Below, piece by piece: positions 62,853 through 64,000 of a stretch of DNA of 64,000 nt (position 1 is the first letter of the stretch; each line of letters starts with the position of its first letter). The stretch spans positions 71,922,001 through 71,986,000 of the forward strand of contig NC_086108.1 in the NCBI RefSeq assembly GCF_963921235.1, written 5' to 3'. Made by a program: the position numbers and the translations under genes. This DNA comes from Mobula hypostoma (taxonomy: Eukaryota). The notes below the pieces were generated by a model that was not told the DNA's origin, ran no database searches, and saw nothing but the letters and a program-made list of their open reading frames with translations.

Positions 62853-64000
62853 AGTGATAGTGCTTTATTGAGCGTAAGTTTAAAGTATAGTAAATTGATG
62901 TGCTAAGAATTAAATGTTTATCTACATCTGTTTTGTAGTAACTTCATCCTTAATTTCATTTTAATGTGAAAAGTGGGCCAAAAATTGTTTTCTATATTTG
63001 AAACACATTGAACTGTCATTACAGTGAGTTTCACTTTACAGTACTTAGGACTTGGAGCGATGGTGAAAGAGTTTAAAAGAGTTGGGTCTTGGGGCTTGCT
63101 TGTGAGTTTCATTTCACTGGAGCTGTGACTTGGAGCAGGAAAATTTAAAAGAGGTAAATCTGGGGCACTTCCCTGGATTGTTCAGGCCATTAAAATAATT
63201 TTACTTGATTGCATATTTACGAATCTGCTTGTAACTAAAGTTTCTCCAGCAACAGCTGCTTTTTGCTATATCATATTTTTTTCCTCTGGAGATCACCGTG
63301 GGTCTGTCATGGACCAACTGCCCTTTAGCAAAATTTTTACAGATATACACCAGCCTTTATGCAAACACTGGGATCCAGCTCTCACTCTCTACCTACAATC
63401 TTGTCTCTTCTACTGGATGCATTAATACAGATACAGAAATAAACTCTGGGCTGCAATGACTTCCAGATGGGAAGAGCAAACAATAGTGTTTGCCTCTCGC
63501 TAGAAATCTATGCTCCAGCCCTGCCATTGAGAATATGTGTCACCTCCCCGGAGACCCATGTTGAGCCAATGCTACAGCATTTTCCTTCACAAATAATCCT
63601 GTTAGTTCCTCAATGCCCTTCCCCATGGTGCTCCAGCTATACAGCACCTCAACTGTGACTTTTTGTGACCTCCCTATTTTACTGTTCTGATGAACAATCA
63701 ATGAAATGAGCTGATGGCTCTGGCTCTGTCTCTGTTTCCACAGATGTTGATTGACCTGTTAAGAATCTCTAGCATTTTCTATTTTTGTTTAAGATTTCTC
63801 CTTCCGCCACTCTCACTGTCTCATTAATCTCTCACCTTGTATTTCCAGATGGTTCTCAGTTGGTCTAAATTCTGTGTTACTAAACTTCCGTTAGTACTAA
63901 AGTCTATGATACATCCTGCATCAGTTGCTCCTCGCCTATTACACCACACCCCTCTGAGCAACATTGGCTAACAGCCCCTACCACTCAAGTTTAAAATTCT

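Overview
Repeat-dense eukaryotic (vertebrate) genomic DNA. The mix of CR1 LINEs with an SGNH-esterase ORF1, Rex1/Babar/L2-type LINEs, Penelope-like elements (PLEs), V-SINE-like SINEs and Tc1 elements suggests a cartilaginous fish, probably a ray (inference). I found no convincing host protein-coding gene and no prokaryotic system; nearly all long ORFs are decayed transposon ORFs or their antisense shadows. Main structures: (1) a decayed class I (gamma/epsilon-like) endogenous retrovirus at ~52570-62852 with two LTRs, pol remnants (RT, tether, RNase H, integrase), an env remnant carrying the immunosuppressive domain, and at least five later insertions; (2) minimal hammerhead-ribozyme motifs in the PLE termini, best preserved at 6256-6293; (3) a three-level LINE nest at 30235-37105 whose junctions restore the host reading frame; (4) two CR1 5' ends built from tandem CCAAT/TATA-like modules; (5) a full-length Tc1 with inner direct repeats, interrupted by a hAT MITE. 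All alignments were done by eye, and boundaries of old elements are approximate.
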